From assembly GCA_951406725.2 (NCBI GenBank), contig OX597817.1, forward strand, positions 18,352,001-18,416,000: 64,000 nucleotides of DNA, read 5' to 3'. Positions 1 through 14,526 of the stretch are shown piece after piece. Numbering within the stretch: position 1 is the stretch's first letter; each line of letters starts with the position of its first letter. The position numbers and the translations under genes were made by a program. Source of the stretch: Octopus vulgaris (Eukaryota). Under the pieces are notes generated by a model. It made no database searches. It was given only the letters and a program-made list of their open reading frames with translations, and was not told the origin of the DNA.

Positions 1-228
1 CGTACCATACATGGTTTCGATTTCTTAATAGAGACTACTCCAAGACCTATTATCAAGCGAAAAATTCAATGACGTGATGTTTGATACCATAGGTTTCATT
101 GATGTAGAAAATATTGGGTGATTGAAAGGAACCTTTAGCATCTAAATGATGTGTAAAATGTGTATTTTATATTATTTTACTTTTTGTCTCTCTTTATTTT
201 AAATTGTATTTTTATATTTTGCTGTGAG

Positions 229-380
<152 letters not shown>

Positions 381-2201
381 AAAATGTCATTATCAAAAGA
401 TGGAGAAATATTTATGGTCTGAAACATGGTACAGCATAACAATAATTCCGTGCCAATGTCAGAACATATCACGTTCAAATACCTGGGGTGGTTCGGGCGG
501 CTGCAAATGTGACCCATAAGATATAAACCTGCTATCTTGGAATCCCTAAGCCGTAGCACGCAATGAGAAGACTAGGACCGGGTAGGAAATGAATTTAGTG
601 AGAAGGTGAGCGAAATCTGTGATAAAGCGAACTTTTGAATCGTCCTGTATTATAATGATTTCTGAAATCAGAACAATACCATGTATCTTTCAGGAAGAAC
701 TTGAAAATAGTCTTTCAGAAAGGGATATAATTTTGACCGCTGCACATGACTGTATAGACTCAGAAATTATGAGAGGCCAAAGATATACTTAATGAGAGTT
801 GAATGCAAACGATAGAATAATGAAGTTAATAGAGAAAATCATTTACATTGGTGTTTAATGAATATTCATTTAACTCTTATGATAGGCTGCTATACGTATA
901 CGGAGTTAATTACTCGATGTTTCATGATCCGAATTATCCATAAATATCAGTTTAACCGTAATTACTTCATGGGGTGGGTGCAGTAATAGAATATATGCGT
1001 ATCATGTCATTAAGTGAAATGGAAATCAAATTCCGATGGCAGTCTTTGCTTTCCAAGTTCTCCACACATCGCTCTCTATGCTTTAGAAATTGACCTTATT
1101 AGGATTCGATCTTGACATTCTAAATCACTAAACTATACGTAATTTAAGAGTTCATTAAACCTGCACATGTATTCTCTCTTTTCTCAAACTCATACTCAAG
1201 TCGCATTTGTCGTTGCTATTGTTGGAACATTTTTCCTATAAGATATTTCGACCGAAGGTTTTGAAGTAAAAAAAATTAAAAGTTAAAAATAAAAAAAAAT
1301 TAGAAATATAAAAAATACAATAATACAATAATATAAATCAAATAAAGGAGTCTTTCTTAGTTATCTAGTGTCACTATTCTCTGCAACTATCAACGTCGTA
1401 TATTCTCTGATGTACATATTTTAAGCTTGGTAGTGCTAAATATAACCCCTTCGGGCCGTTTCTGATAATATGTGACACCAAGGACAGAAGATACAAAATC
1501 CTGCTGCATCAACAATTATTTCAGCCTTAGAAGGTGTTGTATATTATTTATAGGATTGTTGCTTTCATAATGGGACACATCATCACCGCCTTGATATTAA
1601 CTCAGTTACTCTTTCAATAGAGAGACAGGTCCATATTCCTTACATAATTTCGTTAATATCATCAATCGCATAACTCGATTTCAGGATGTTAAGTTTGTGC
1701 ATAATGTGTCTCTAGCTCTTCGTTAAGCTTAAAAAAAAACACAAAATATCGATGAGAAATGTAAAGTGACTTGGCCTAGGACACAACGCAAAACATGGAG
1801 AGACATATTTATTAGGACTTAGTCAAGATGCGGGGCAGTGATCATAATCTTTGCAGACTCACCGAAACTGGTGAAATCAATGTGGGACAGAACAAGTATT
1901 TCAGACGGTTGATGTTATGTAGTGGGTTGGTGGTGTTATAGTGACTAGTGCGGTGCATTAGCAGTAGGAAACTAGAAGGCAGGCGAAATGATATCAGACA
2001 AATTTCGATGGTCCTGGATGAATGTGGTATGAAACTAGATAGGTCAAAATAGGCAAGTATTAGAGAAAACGTCACGTAGGTCAAAGGATGTCGGTTGGTT
2101 GGTGAATAAGCTTTGCCAATTAGTGGGATGGTTTTTTCTTTCGAGCGCGCTCTAGATTGTTTGTGTACGTGGCAGCTGCAACAGAAGTAGTTACAGAAGC
2201 T

Positions 2202-2328
2202 TCATCATCATCATCATCATCATCATCATCGTCATCGTCATCACCACCATCATCATCATCGTCGTCGTCGTCGTCACCACCATCGTCATCGTCGTCATCG
2301 TCATCATCATCATCATCGTCATCACCAC

Positions 2329-2360
<32 letters not shown>

Positions 2361-2370
2361 CCACGACCAC

Positions 2371-2401
<31 letters not shown>

Positions 2402-2619
2402 GTCATCACCACCATCATCATCATCATCATCATCGTCGTCGTCGTCGTCATCATCGTCATCGTCGTCATCGTCATCATCATCATCAGCATCATCATCGTC
2501 ATCATCGTCATCACCACCATCTTCATCAACATCATCGTCGTCGTCGTCGTCATCGTCGTCATCGACGTCATCGTCATCATCATCATCAACATCATCATCA
2601 TCATCATCATCATCATCAC
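2202..2619. repeat. Imperfect (CAT/CGT/CAC)n trinucleotide tract
   Basis: Directly visible; source of the poly-D/S/M ORFs. Confidence 0.95.
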
Positions 2620-4295
2620 CGCCAGTTGTATACCCCATCCCAAAGCACGCGAGCAGTATTCGACTGTGGTTCTTAGTTGAAATTCTTTTACAGGTTAGCA
2701 ACTGATTAGATTTGGATTATTCTCTAGAATCGACAGTGAGAGAGAGAGAGATAGAGAGATAGAGACAGAGGGGGATGGGGTGAGGGGAGACAATTGCGGC
2801 CTTAGAGTCGGTGAAGAGACTCGAACCGTACACCAACTGGCTAAAATATCGACAGGCTATTGAATCGGCCGACTCTTTGTAAGTAACATACCAAGTTAAC
2901 TAAGTCGGTGGAGTAACTGTAACAGCAGTACTTCAGACTAAATGCCTTTCTGTATTTTGCTTCTCAGCGTGAAAAGCCAATCAGCTCAACGGTAGTCTTT
3001 TAACGCCCCGTCGTCGTTAATATAAATATACCAGTCATATATTGGGATCAGTTCAATAAAATATCTATGAAATCACTTATACAAATCTATGAATCTGCAT
3101 TACTGCACGAAGTATTGAATATTGATTTTTTGGTCAATTGATACTCATATTAGTAGGCTCATGCTTTTTGAACTCATTTAATGAACAGCCGATTTCCAGC
3201 GTAGCTGCTATTCTTCGAGTGATTGAAAAGTGAACTGAACACATTATTTTAAAATTTGAGCCCTGTTTTGTATACTGAAAATAACAAATTTAATGCTTAA
3301 CTCTCTTGTCAGATTTTATGACGGCATTCTGACTGAATTCAAAGGTGGGAGTTGTCAGAAACGCGTCCGAGTTTAGTTCTATTCTTTTATATGCTGAGTC
3401 GGCTTTGGTTATTCATCCCTGAGAGGTTAAGAAAATAAGCAACAGCAATGGATATTTATCATATGTAAATTTTGAACTTTTTGTCAATGCAAAAGTCATT
3501 AAAATTATCAAAGCAGAAAATTACAACTCTTTGCTTGAAATACATTCTCGAAATACATCTTTTAATTCCGCTCAGGTTTTCATTTAACTGCAATTAGGCC
3601 TCATAGTCTGAGTCTTTTTTTTTTTTTATCTAGCCGAACGTGACTAAGATAACATCTCACATCAATGACATCTTCATAATCAAGACCGACAGGATGCCGA
3701 GTTAATTGTCTCATTGTATTTAGAATTTATTCTTTTACATTTTGACCGACATTTACGTTTGTATATACTTTTTCGGTGTCAATAAGACACAGCAACATAG
3801 CAGCTTTGACTCAATTGTTTATATTGACTCGATTACAACTTTTGGCCGAATACTAATATAATTAACCAATATTCTTGAATTCTGAAGTGTGGCACGGTGC
3901 CAGAAGCTGACGGATGCACGGTAAATATTTTACAGTATTTAGTATCTTGCTTATTCGTTCCGATATCAGTTCCTTTTCAGGTTGATAAAAATAAATGCGA
4001 TTTCTGCGTTAGTTGATTCAATCAGCTGCCTACTCGCCCATAAAATATTGTCTTTAAGTCAAATTAAGAAACTACCGTTGCTTTATGTATGATAAAATTG
4101 AAAGGTTCTGTAAGTCAGTTAAAGCAAACGGAATACCACGGTATTTAACCTTTTTCAAGATTTATTAGAAGCGTAACCGAAAATGGACTTGCATCAACCA
4201 AGAATGAAAACCGTGGTTTGGTCTCATCGAGCCAGGAACCTTTCTCTTGCTATATAGTGTCTACTATAAGAATTAATCAATATTACTAAAAGCAG

Positions 4296-4505
4296 AGGGA
4301 AGTGGTTTGGAAGGATAAGTACAATGACAGACAACGTGCTTCTCAGTATATAGTTGCTTACTTTTAAATTCAAATCCTGCCGAGGTCAAGCTTGCTTTTA
4401 TCGTTCTGGGATTGATGAAATAAATACCATAGATTACTGAAATTAGTCCAATCGACTCTACTCGTCTCTGAAATCTAAGGCCTTTTCTACTTTCGAAATC
4501 ACTAT
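4296..4505 (+). mobile_element. Old degenerate SINE, family B-related
   Basis: ttcaaatcctgccgaggtcaagcttgctttt...aataccat...aatcgact resembles the family B core. Confidence 0.55.
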
Positions 4506-7335
4506 TTCTGACGGCAGGCACGTCACAATAGATAACAGGGTCAATTATATGCATCTTACGAGTCATTAGTTGGCAACTATAGCAAGGCACTGAAAAAAAA
4601 ATGTTTGATAAATATGTGTTTGTGGTTTATAAAGTGAGTATAGAACTACTGTCAAAAAATGTATTTTTGCATCACTGTTTAATAATCATAAAGGTAGTCT
4701 AATTTAAGAAAGCTCTTCCATTAATGCGCAGGTAATAGAGGAGGTAATAGTGACTACATTTCTAAGCGTTCTGATGTTTAAACTAGTTTGATGTACCTAA
4801 TTAATATAATATTCATTAACATATTTTAATTAAATTTCCAGAGCATATTTAATATGGCCAGTATAGTAATGGTCTCGGCTAACTAGTAATAAATTTATTC
4901 TCCTGAATCCGTATAAAATTACTCTGCTTGACCGTTGGAAGACGAATAGAACTCGTAACATAACAGAGAATAGTAGAAATAATTAGCAAATTTATATTCA
5001 TCTCTAACATTGCCAAAGTGTTTCGAAGAGAAATGGTTTTCTGAAGAATATAAAATGACCTGTAGGACTTTCATTCTTTCCTTTGGTCAATTATATAAAG
5101 AATAGCTGGCAGTTATTATTTCAATTATTGGCCAGAAAGTTTAGAATTCCTTGGGTAGTTGTATTTGGCTCTCGTGCAGAAAATTTTGTTTTATTCAAAG
5201 AAACCTGTTAGTCATTATTTCACTCATATCTAACACTATAATTATAATTTTTTTTTCTTTCAAATTCCATATTTTCTTTTCTCTTGGGTAAATCTATATG
5301 GGGAATGACATGAATTAACTTCAAAAGTTCGAAGTGCTGCATTCACATAAACCCCAAGGATATCTGAATCTATTCTAACCTCTTTCGTTCTGACAAAGGT
5401 CATATTAAATCTAATTTCCTTTTCCTACGGTATTCTGGACTAAATTTACTGTTACTCTTTAAAAGTTAAAAGATAAAGATATAAAAAAAAAGAATAAAAT
5501 AATAACTAAAATGCGTTTTTAACATCTTATTCGGATGTTAGGTTTTATGAATGCTGGAATTTTGAACTTATAAAGCATATAGAAACTACTTTATTCTCAC
5601 AAAACCCATTGCTTACCATTGCATACACTGACTATTGAATAAACAAATGCATGGAATTGTTACAAATTATTTCAAAGTTAGCTTTATTCGTAGAAATGTT
5701 ACAAACGGTAAACTGTCAACGACTTCGTGAGTTCGCATACGTCTGCATTCTGCAAGTGTCTTAGTTCATTTTTAAGGAAGGCATTTAACTCTTCTTTACT
5801 TACTCTTAATTGAGCAATAGAATAAATGTTTTTATTTTTGTTTTGTTTCTATGGCTGTCATAATATGAAGTCATATAATGTAACAATGAGATCGAAGAAA
5901 ATAAAATCCCAAAGTAGTGAAGCAGATTTTAAATTCAGCTGGAATCTAATCCTACATCAATGCCAACAATAAAATACGAAATTACATTTAAGTTACTGTA
6001 GCAAGTAATCGCTGATCAAAAATATTCTCTCCAACTGAAAGCGTACAAACATTTTAGTATGAATTACTAATAAAGCACAGTTTCAACTGAAGGCAACAGA
6101 GCCATCAACACTTGCATGTATTCTTGCTCTAAAATTAAGTATTAACAGTTTAACAAACTGTCAACAAAACGACAGTTCTCTGTTTAAACTGACAACATAG
6201 TTCCTCCTTATGAGTAAGCTCATGAAATTTAGCCAAGACTTATTAATAATTAATCACCAAAACGTTGAAAATTAGAGCGTGGAAAGCAAATAATAAAGAC
6301 GAATAGTATGGCTTTGTCCTCTTAATAACCTATATTGTGTGATTTTATCCACGATACAGATAAAATAGAAAAGTTTCAATAAATATTCTTGAACTACCAT
6401 TCAAACAAGAAATTATCTACAAAAGTATAAACACGTAATATATAGAAAACTATTTAAAATTATACGCAGACGAATCAGTAAATTCGCTTTATAAACCGCA
6501 AGCATGTGGCTACTCATGGTGATGCGTCCTGTGAGCTAAAATTTGCTTGTGCTAAAATGTTGATCAAAACAAGGATGAAGCCAAGAAAGAATTTTTCGTT
6601 AAAGAAAGAACTAGAAGGAAATGGCAATAAGTATTGGTTATCTATTTTAAACTCTCCATCAGATCTTCAGATTCACCTCAGGTTCGTCAGCAATCACTCT
6701 CTTAACAAAAGATTCCATTATCTACTTCTGGTTTCCCGTGATAATTACATTTCTGTTTCCGTTATATTTTCTCCGCCTTTCGTTCAATTTTCTTTCTCGT
6801 ACTTCTTGTCCTTCTCTATCTTAAACTTCAAACACTCGGAAATACGCACAAGTACATATTTACTGAGCTGTTGAAAGAGACACACATACACACATCTAAA
6901 TGCTAGTTCACATATACACCTAAGCACACACGCACACACAAACACACACACATGCATGCACGCATATACGCGCACTCTTACATAAATTCATAAGCGCAAA
7001 ATAAAATCAGATTCTCAAACATTCAAAAAGACAATCGCATACACAGAAACACACTCGAAACACAAAAATAGATCAACATACGAAGACACACGCACTCTGC
7101 AAATCACAGAGTGAACCATAATTACACATATTCAAAGATTTTCCTTCTTATACAAAACGACACACACAAACAGATGGCAGTACATGTGCCCATGTATACA
7201 GCTAATTACATCGTGTTCATTTGATTGGTCACTCACTTCGTATGTCGTAGCCAAGTAATCCTATTCAGCTAATTTAATAACCTTCTCAGCATGCACATTG
7301 ATTTTCCTAACTGTCACTCCCACAATCCTGATAAT

Positions 7336-7398
<63 letters not shown>

Positions 7399-7414
7399 AT
7401 CTGTTGGCCATTGT

Positions 7415-8055
7415 AGTTTAGCCTTGTGTTTGTCATGCCCGAACAGATGTATGATGAAAGTCATTCCAGACATGAGCATCTTGTCCTTTTAAGGATTTGT
7501 AACACTGTATTAACCGATGCCTTGTTCATACATTAAACAGTAGAATGCAGTTTAAGAAGGTTTCGGCCGTGCTTTCTAGCAGGTTGAGCGACGACTTGCA
7601 TGTCTCCGTCTTTGGCACATGTTGCTGTTGTTTGTTTTGTTGGTTGTTATTTTTAGCCATTTCTATTTTAGTAGACCTGAACTGGAGGTAACTCATTAAA
7701 CTTTATCACATGTTTATCAATGGTCACTATGTCCTTGGCATATTTAAAATTAAATCTCTCATGAACACTCCATGTTAAAGACAGTAGAAATGTATTTCAC
7801 TAAATGACAGCTTATTTGTATGTTTGAATAATATTTGTTTATCCTTGAATATCAGCAATATCATGTTTTTGTTGCTTAAGTCCCCTTCAGACCTGGTCTG
7901 CTCAACCAATGATCAAAGGTATCCATGCTATAGCTTATCTCGTCAATTTGGGGTTACATTTTCAATGTCATTTGTTAAAGGGGAATGGCATTTAAGAGTA
8001 GCTTGACTGGTATTTCTAGCGAGTCAACTGGCCGTGTAGAAGGCCTCTCACTAGT
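7415..8055 (+). repeat. Two degenerate copies (about 7415-7615 and 7875-8055) of an unclassified interspersed repeat
   Basis: Shared motifs tgat(g/c)aaagg..ttcca and tttctagc..gtc/gtt..gac; similar pieces near 13950-14090 and 61090-61220. Confidence 0.4.
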
Positions 8056-8399
8056 TTGTATAATGCCATGCTTTTAGAAGGAATGCTAGAGCGTCGGCTA
8101 AAATGCCTCACAACAGTCAGGTACAATAATATTGTTCTGATTTCAAAATCTTGCAGAGATCGGCTGTGCCTTTCATCCTCCCAGTATTTATATACCTTCC
8201 GCCTATATTTCGGGCTTTGTGCCTATGCCTTGAATCACAACAGCTACTACTAAACATACGGACAAACACAAACCAGAAACCCCGTCCTCAAATTCAGTGT
8301 TGTACGAAAGATCAACAGAACTTCAATTCTGGAGGCAACCTCAATAATAGGCGAGGTTTGATGAACTCCTATCAATAACTCCTCAAACGAGAATAATTA

Positions 8400-9708
8400 C
8401 TTTTAGAAACAGCTGCAAGTACGTATATATACTTTAGAAATAATTCGTTCAATAAAAACTTTGGCGTAAAATGTCTAAAGAGTCTTAAAGAGTCTTTCAC
8501 AACCCTGTCGAAATAACGAAAGCCCTTCTAAGGCCGGATCATATTACCTTCCCGAAGACCAAACTGAATGAGCTTTTCATTTTTCTTTAATCAACTAACA
8601 TGAATACTCCTGGAGAGAGAGGTATAATTGTATATGATCTGGGGTTCGCTTCGATCCAAGTTTCCCTTTTCACTGACATCAAGCAATAACATCAAACATA
8701 GATATGTAAGCCATGTATAGGACAACAATTTCTGGAGACCATGCAATGTTTGACGATAATTGGTGGTGGAATGGCAGCATTCATTCTGAAAATCCCAATA
8801 TCTCAAATTACGAGAAATCTTTTTGCACTAGGGTAGTAAGTCAAGGGACCTCGACATTAGGAACTCTGAAGTTAATATCTTCAGACTAATGACCCTTTAT
8901 GCCAGACAAGGCAGAATGGCCGGGGTTTTTCTGACGTATAGAAACTTTTTTGGGAACACCTTACTTTCTAGTAAATGTGAGGGATAACTGCATTTTACAC
9001 CCTGATTGGGTAACTGCATCAAGCCATCCAGATCATATCTAGATAGGGTGTTTGTCAGCAATTCTAATCAGTCGGCACAGGCCATCAGACCACAAATATT
9101 GATTTACATGGGAATCATTGATAGATAAAAGATTACTGGAAGCAAACGCGTGTTTACTGACGCTGAAAAACTGCAAGCTGTGAATTAGTATTTTAGCTTA
9201 TCGTCTACAGCAAATGGCAGCAGATCGGGAGAATTCCTAGATCTATGAACCGAAGAGAGATAGCACTGGTGGGGAAGAATGAGGACAAGGCTGATGTCAT
9301 TGATAATCTTCAGTAGGAGTCCAAGAATTTTGCCAAGTTGTTCGTGAAGAGGTTGCCGCTTGTGATAGAGTGAGCTTTGCTGACCATGTTTATCCTCAAC
9401 AATCGCCGCCTCACACACTACCTCATATAGAGAATGAATATTAAAGTGCGATTTCGTCAACTTGGATCACTCGGATGATTTCGATGGAATCAATTATTGT
9501 TATTTGATTCCTGTCGTTTAGGCAGACGAATTATCAGAGAGTGAATCCCTTGAGTGCACAACAATCCTTATTCAGTGGTCCAACTAAAAGGCTGCGTTTC
9601 AGATTCACTTACTCGGTCTGCCAAAGCTCTACTTGCTAATTTTTTTGTATACATTTGCCCTTGGGCCAATACAGCAGAAACTAGAATTGTTGAGTTGTTG
9701 AGAGGCAT

Positions 9709-9773
<65 letters not shown>

Positions 9774-9780
9774 TGTGTGT

Positions 9781-9852
<72 letters not shown>

Positions 9853-10430
9853 TATCGGCATATGCAAAGAATGTCACGGTAATAGTGTAGGACACTACGG
9901 AAGTCGAGTAGATTATCACCATTCTGAATGAATATCAGCTTTTGACTGGGACAAAACTTAACCCGGATAAGCCGGTGTGATTTTTAACTCGGACAAGCAA
10001 GTCCATGACATCAGGCAGATTTGGTGTTAAGATTAGGGTTAGGGTTAGGCTAACTGAGCTGCTTGTGTTCTGGTGCAATCAACACGTCCAAGAGTATAGG
10101 AAAACGTACAAAGTTATCAGCCGATTGACCAGTCTTAACTAGGAATTGGCTGGGAGAAACGTATCGCGGAAAGGTCGGGTACATGTGCCAAACACGCATA
10201 TCGCTTGCGTGATATATTAAAACCTGTGCAACGTGCTTTGCTCGACATTTTGTTTCACCAAACAGCCAAAGCTTCTCTTTTGCTCCTTTTGAAAGAGACA
10301 CGTTCCACTAGACAAGCAATTCATCTTCGATACAGAATGTTCAGTGTGCCGTAGATGCTGATACGAAAATACGAAATGCAATAGCAGTAACTGCAGAGGT
10401 GCTTAAACGGTGAGCAGATGTAGTTTCCTT
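8400..10430 (-). mobile_element. Highly decayed CR1/Jockey-like LINE ORF2 relic
   Basis: Minus strand 8907-8893 reads VWHKG, as in the RT motif AFDxVWHxGL. The sequence is complex with many stops, and the boundaries are approximate. Confidence 0.4.
9712..9850. repeat. (GA)n microsatellite
   Basis: Directly visible. Confidence 0.97.
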
Positions 10431-10470
10431 TGCTCAGGAATGTTTTCCCTCAGCTGGTCCCTTTGATATA

Positions 10471-10705
10471 TATTTCTTTACTACTCACAAGGGGCCAACA
10501 CAGAGGAGACAAACAAGGACAGACAAAGGGATTAAGTCGATTACATCGATCCCCCCCAGTGCGAAACTGGTACTTTATTTATCGACCCCGAAAGGATGAA
10601 AGGCAAAGCTGACCTCAGCGGAATTTGAACTCGGAACGTAACGACAGACGAAATACCGCTAAGCATTTCGCCCGGCGCGCTAACGAGTCTGCCAGCACGA
10701 CGCCT
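10471..10705 (-). mobile_element. tRNA-derived SINE, family B
   Basis: Near-identical to the other B copies; 14-bp TSD gtccctttgatata at 10457-10470 and 10707-10720. Confidence 0.92.
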
Positions 10706-11799
10706 AGTCCCTTTGATATAGCAGCAGTCCTGGGTCAAGCGAAGACCAAGAATAGGCACCCTGAAATTTGGAATTTCATTATGGGCTCATAAACGTCTAC
10801 TAGTATGGTAATCAATTCATGGAAGTTCCACGTTGGCGTTCTTCAATGGTGAGCGAAAGCGACAACATTCTCGGGACGTCTCTAGGCGTCGACAAAAATA
10901 AACTAGCTGGCCTGTTTCAGAAGACTTTTAGTCTATGACCCATGGATAATTTCCAGAAATCCCTGACCTGCCATTGTTACCGAGGGGCCTTTCTGGTTCG
11001 AGATAAACTCTATAATTACTGAAGCGAGGCCAACCGGGGCTGTTCGAGATGCACGCAGAATGAACAATCCGTCCTGAATGCATTCGTCCAGTGCTTGATT
11101 ACTACTGACTTGTGGAGTTACATCGAACATCTGTTGCATGTAAGACAGATCCAGCTACCGGCTCTCTCCATTGTTAAACTCCTCCCGCCGGTTTCTTTGG
11201 CTTACCTTATTCCTTTGGAGAGACAACTATCCGTACCTCTGGTTGATTATGGATATTTCCACAAGCAGTTCGTTATAAAAGCTTTTGCTTATATTTCCCC
11301 TGAAGTTTCCTGTTCCTTTGGGATATTTATTTTTTAAAGTGTAATATGTGTATTGTGATATGTGGATGATTTTTATGTGTTAGAATGCACGCATTACAGT
11401 TAAGGTAATGTTTTATGGTATGTACTGCTTGGATGATGCTGGTTTATGTAATCCATTAGTTTTATTGCTTGTATTTATGGCCGTGGAGTGAATGATTTCT
11501 ATTTTTGTTCATGTTAAATGTATGTTCTGCCTTTTGGTGTGCCCGCTTTTGCAGCGCGTGTGAGTTAGGCTGGGCTTATACTTCTAATTGTGGGGGTCTG
11601 TGGTAGTGGTAGTAGTGGTGATGTGGATAATGATGTTGATAATATTTGTTCATATCTCGTATTTTATCTTTTTTCCTTTCCTTTACATTCGTAACATTTT
11701 GTCATTTAGACACCTCACCATCACGTCCCCACCATTCAACATAATGTGGGCCGGGGGGGGGGGGGGGCATGTCTTGGCAAGGTTGTGGTTTTGCTCCGT

Positions 11800-12601
11800 T
11801 GTGGGTATATTTGTGGCCGTTTAGGGGCTTTTTGCTGCTGTAGCTATTGTATGTGATGCGGATGTAGTGTGCCGCGATGTCGGTGTAACCTCTGTTGATT
11901 TTGTTGCTGTTGCTTCAGTTGCTGATGCTATCCTTGCTGTTCTTACTGTCGGTGCTGCTTCCAGTTTTGTAGCTGGAGCTGCAGTCATTTGCTGCGTTTG
12001 CATGCTATTATTGTAATTGCTGTAGCTGTTGTGGTTGCTGTAGCTGTTGTGGTTGCTTTAGCTGTTGTGGTTGCTGCAGCTGTTGTGGTTGCTGCAGTTG
12101 TCGTTGGTGCAGATGTGGCGTTGGCAGTAGTGCAGGCTTTTTTGCACCTGTCATCTTCTGCTGCTGTTGAGGGCAAAAAGCCTTGAGGTGAATAATGGTG
12201 TCACAATTGTGGAAGTGAGGCCTTCTACTCTCTACTACTTACTCACCTGCAGTTGCTGCCCTCCTGCGATATCCATTAGGCTGGACTTTGCTCATTGTTT
12301 CAGAATCTTTTTATTTCTTACATCGTGGTAGGGTCTTCAAGTAGCATAAATTTCACCACCCACAAGAAGTCTAATTCTGGAGGTATACTCCTTACTCTTT
12401 TACTCTTTTACTTGTTTCAGTCATTTGACTGCGGCCATGCTGGAGCACCGCCTTTAGTCGAGCAAATCGACCCCAGGACTTATTCTTTGTAAGCCCAGTA
12501 CTTATTCTATCGGTCTCTTTTGCCGAACCGCTAAGTTACGGGGACGTAAACACACCAGCATCGGTTGTCAAGCGATGTTGGGGGGACAGAACAGACACAC
12601 G

Positions 12602-12643
<42 letters not shown>

Positions 12644-13200
12644 TATATATATATACGACGGGTTTCTTTCAGTTTCCGTCTACCAAATCCACTCACAAGG
12701 CTTTGGTAGGCCCGAGGCTATAGTATATGACACTTGCCCAAGGTGCCACGCAGTGGGACTGAACCCGGAACCATGTGGTTGGTAAGTAAGCTACTTACCA
12801 CACAGCCACTCCTGCGCCTAATGTTTAAGTGTTTTATATGTATCACTCTCCGTATCCCATTGATGGGTATCAGTGTAAAATCTACAGTTTTTGTGGGACG
12901 TTAAAGTGGTTCTGTACAAGGATTTCCGAACAGAAAATAACTCTGATGTATCTGAACTTATTGGCGTATCCCACAAATGTTTTTCAAATAGAGTTCAGAT
13001 TTATCTAAAGATATACATTCTCATTTGTGTCCTTTCGTAGATAAGCATCTTAACAGAACTGGTTTTCTCTCTGTTTGGTCTTAAAGGTGTTGCGGTATAA
13101 GAGCGTAATCTTTCTCTGTTCAAATTTCTTGATGTGCTTCTCCGCCTGTTATGAATGGTCATCATTTTGTCGGGAGACAAAGTCGAATATGTTGTCAGTC
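11800..13200 (-). pseudogene. Decayed gag-like non-LTR retrotransposon ORF1 with CCHC knuckle relic, split by a SINE
   Basis: 12214-12173 reads FHNCDTIIHLKAFC (C-x2-C-x4-H-x4-C with the first C changed to F), preceded by VVESRRPH and followed by an 18-bp Q/P-rich repeat. Confidence 0.6.
12387..12818 (-). mobile_element. tRNA-derived SINE, family A, full length
   Basis: Head ggcgcaggagtggctgtgtggtaag, B-box-like ggttcagtccc, CORE-like accttgggcaagt, internal (TA)(TG) tract, (aaaagagt)n tail. Confidence 0.93.
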
Positions 13201-13259
13201 TTGGCAAAAAAAATATATATTTTGCTATTTTCATTACCGCTGCTGCTGTTATTGTTACC

Positions 13260-13489
13260 TATTTCTTTATTACCCACAAGGGGCTAAACATAGAGGGGAC
13301 AAACAAGGACAGACATAGGTATTAAGTCGATTATATCGACCCCAGTGCGCAACTGGTACTTAATTTATCGACCCCGAAAGGATGAAAGGCAAAGTCAACC
13401 TCGACGGAATTTGAACTCACAACGTAACGACAGACGAAATACCGCTAAGCATTTCGCCCGGCGCGCTAACGTTTCTGCCAGCTCGCCGC
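13260..13489 (-). mobile_element. SINE, family B
   Basis: Full copy; TSD gttattgttacc at 13248-13259 and 13494-13505. Confidence 0.92.
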
Positions 13490-14129
13490 TGCAGTTATTG
13501 TTACCATTAGTGCCTAAGCCGTCGCCACTGCTATCGCTGTTGCTTTTCTTGTCATTGCTGTTGTTGCCTCTATTGTTACTTTTATGTTATTATTATTATT
13601 TTTATTCTTACTGCCTTTATAGCAGTGGTTCAAATATTTTTTTTAACTTTGAAATTTCAACGATTAAAAAAGCCTCATCCAATTCCTCGGGTACAATGCC
13701 GTCTTTGCTACTGTTACTACTGCAACTATTGTTGCTTTTGTTACTGCTACTATCATTTGTCTCTGTAGCAGTAGTTCAATTATTTGGAGTTTGAACTTCC
13801 AACGCTTGGAAATCGTTCCCCGTCTCTTACCCGAGCTGTGGGAGCTGGCGCTATGCTCGTAAAAGCAGTTTTTTCATGTGAATTGTCCTGAAGGCTATAC
13901 TAATGGCATGCTAGCATCAGAATACATTCAAAAGATTCTGATTCTGATTGACCAGGCCAGTGTTGGCTGAGCAGTCCCATATACAAAGGCGTTCCTATCA
14001 TAACTACCATGTCTGACTTTAAAGCAGCTAGCTTATTATGTGAAATGAATTAGGTTGTTATTCAATTTATAGTAGGTAGAGCGACTCATAGGGTTTAGTC
14101 GTTGTTAATATTAGCGAACGAAGTATATA

Positions 14130-14526
14130 CCTTTATAAATAAAAGTGAAGTTGTGTGTCTGTCTCCTACGATTTAGATTCCTAACTACTCCCACATTTTG
14201 CGGTGCAGTTTAACCAAAACCGGGTATCTTATAGTCGTGATTCATATCGAGCCATTCTGGGTATTAGCGCGCGTCTACGATGAGTCTACGGTTTAAAAAA
14301 AAAATTACCATCATTTTTTCCCATTTTAATGCATTTATTCGCTATTATATAAGGGAAGTAACTCTCTAAAAATGTCTATGATGAGTCAACGATTTAAAAA
14401 AAAAATTACCATAATTTTTTTTCCATTTTTAATGCATTTTTTTGCTATTTTTGGCTATAACTCTCTAAAAATGCTTATATTGTTATTTCCCTTACAAACC
14501 CGAGCAACGCCGGGCGATACTGCTAG
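14130..14526 (+). mobile_element. Non-autonomous Helitron
   Basis: Inserted between A and T. The 3' end has hairpin cccgagcaacgccggg (14499-14514) then CTAG. The 5' end reads cctttata (TC changed to CC). There is an internal tandem duplication of about 100 bp. Confidence 0.85.

Noticed and set aside
2120-2705. Poly-D, poly-S and poly-M ORFs
   Set aside because: A trinucleotide repeat open in several frames, with no complex coding flanks.
3310-3372. GAAACGCGUC, resembling a hammerhead stem III
   Set aside because: No CUGANGA core at a suitable position.
10033-10049. TTAGGG repeats
   Set aside because: Fewer than three units; too short to call an interstitial telomere.
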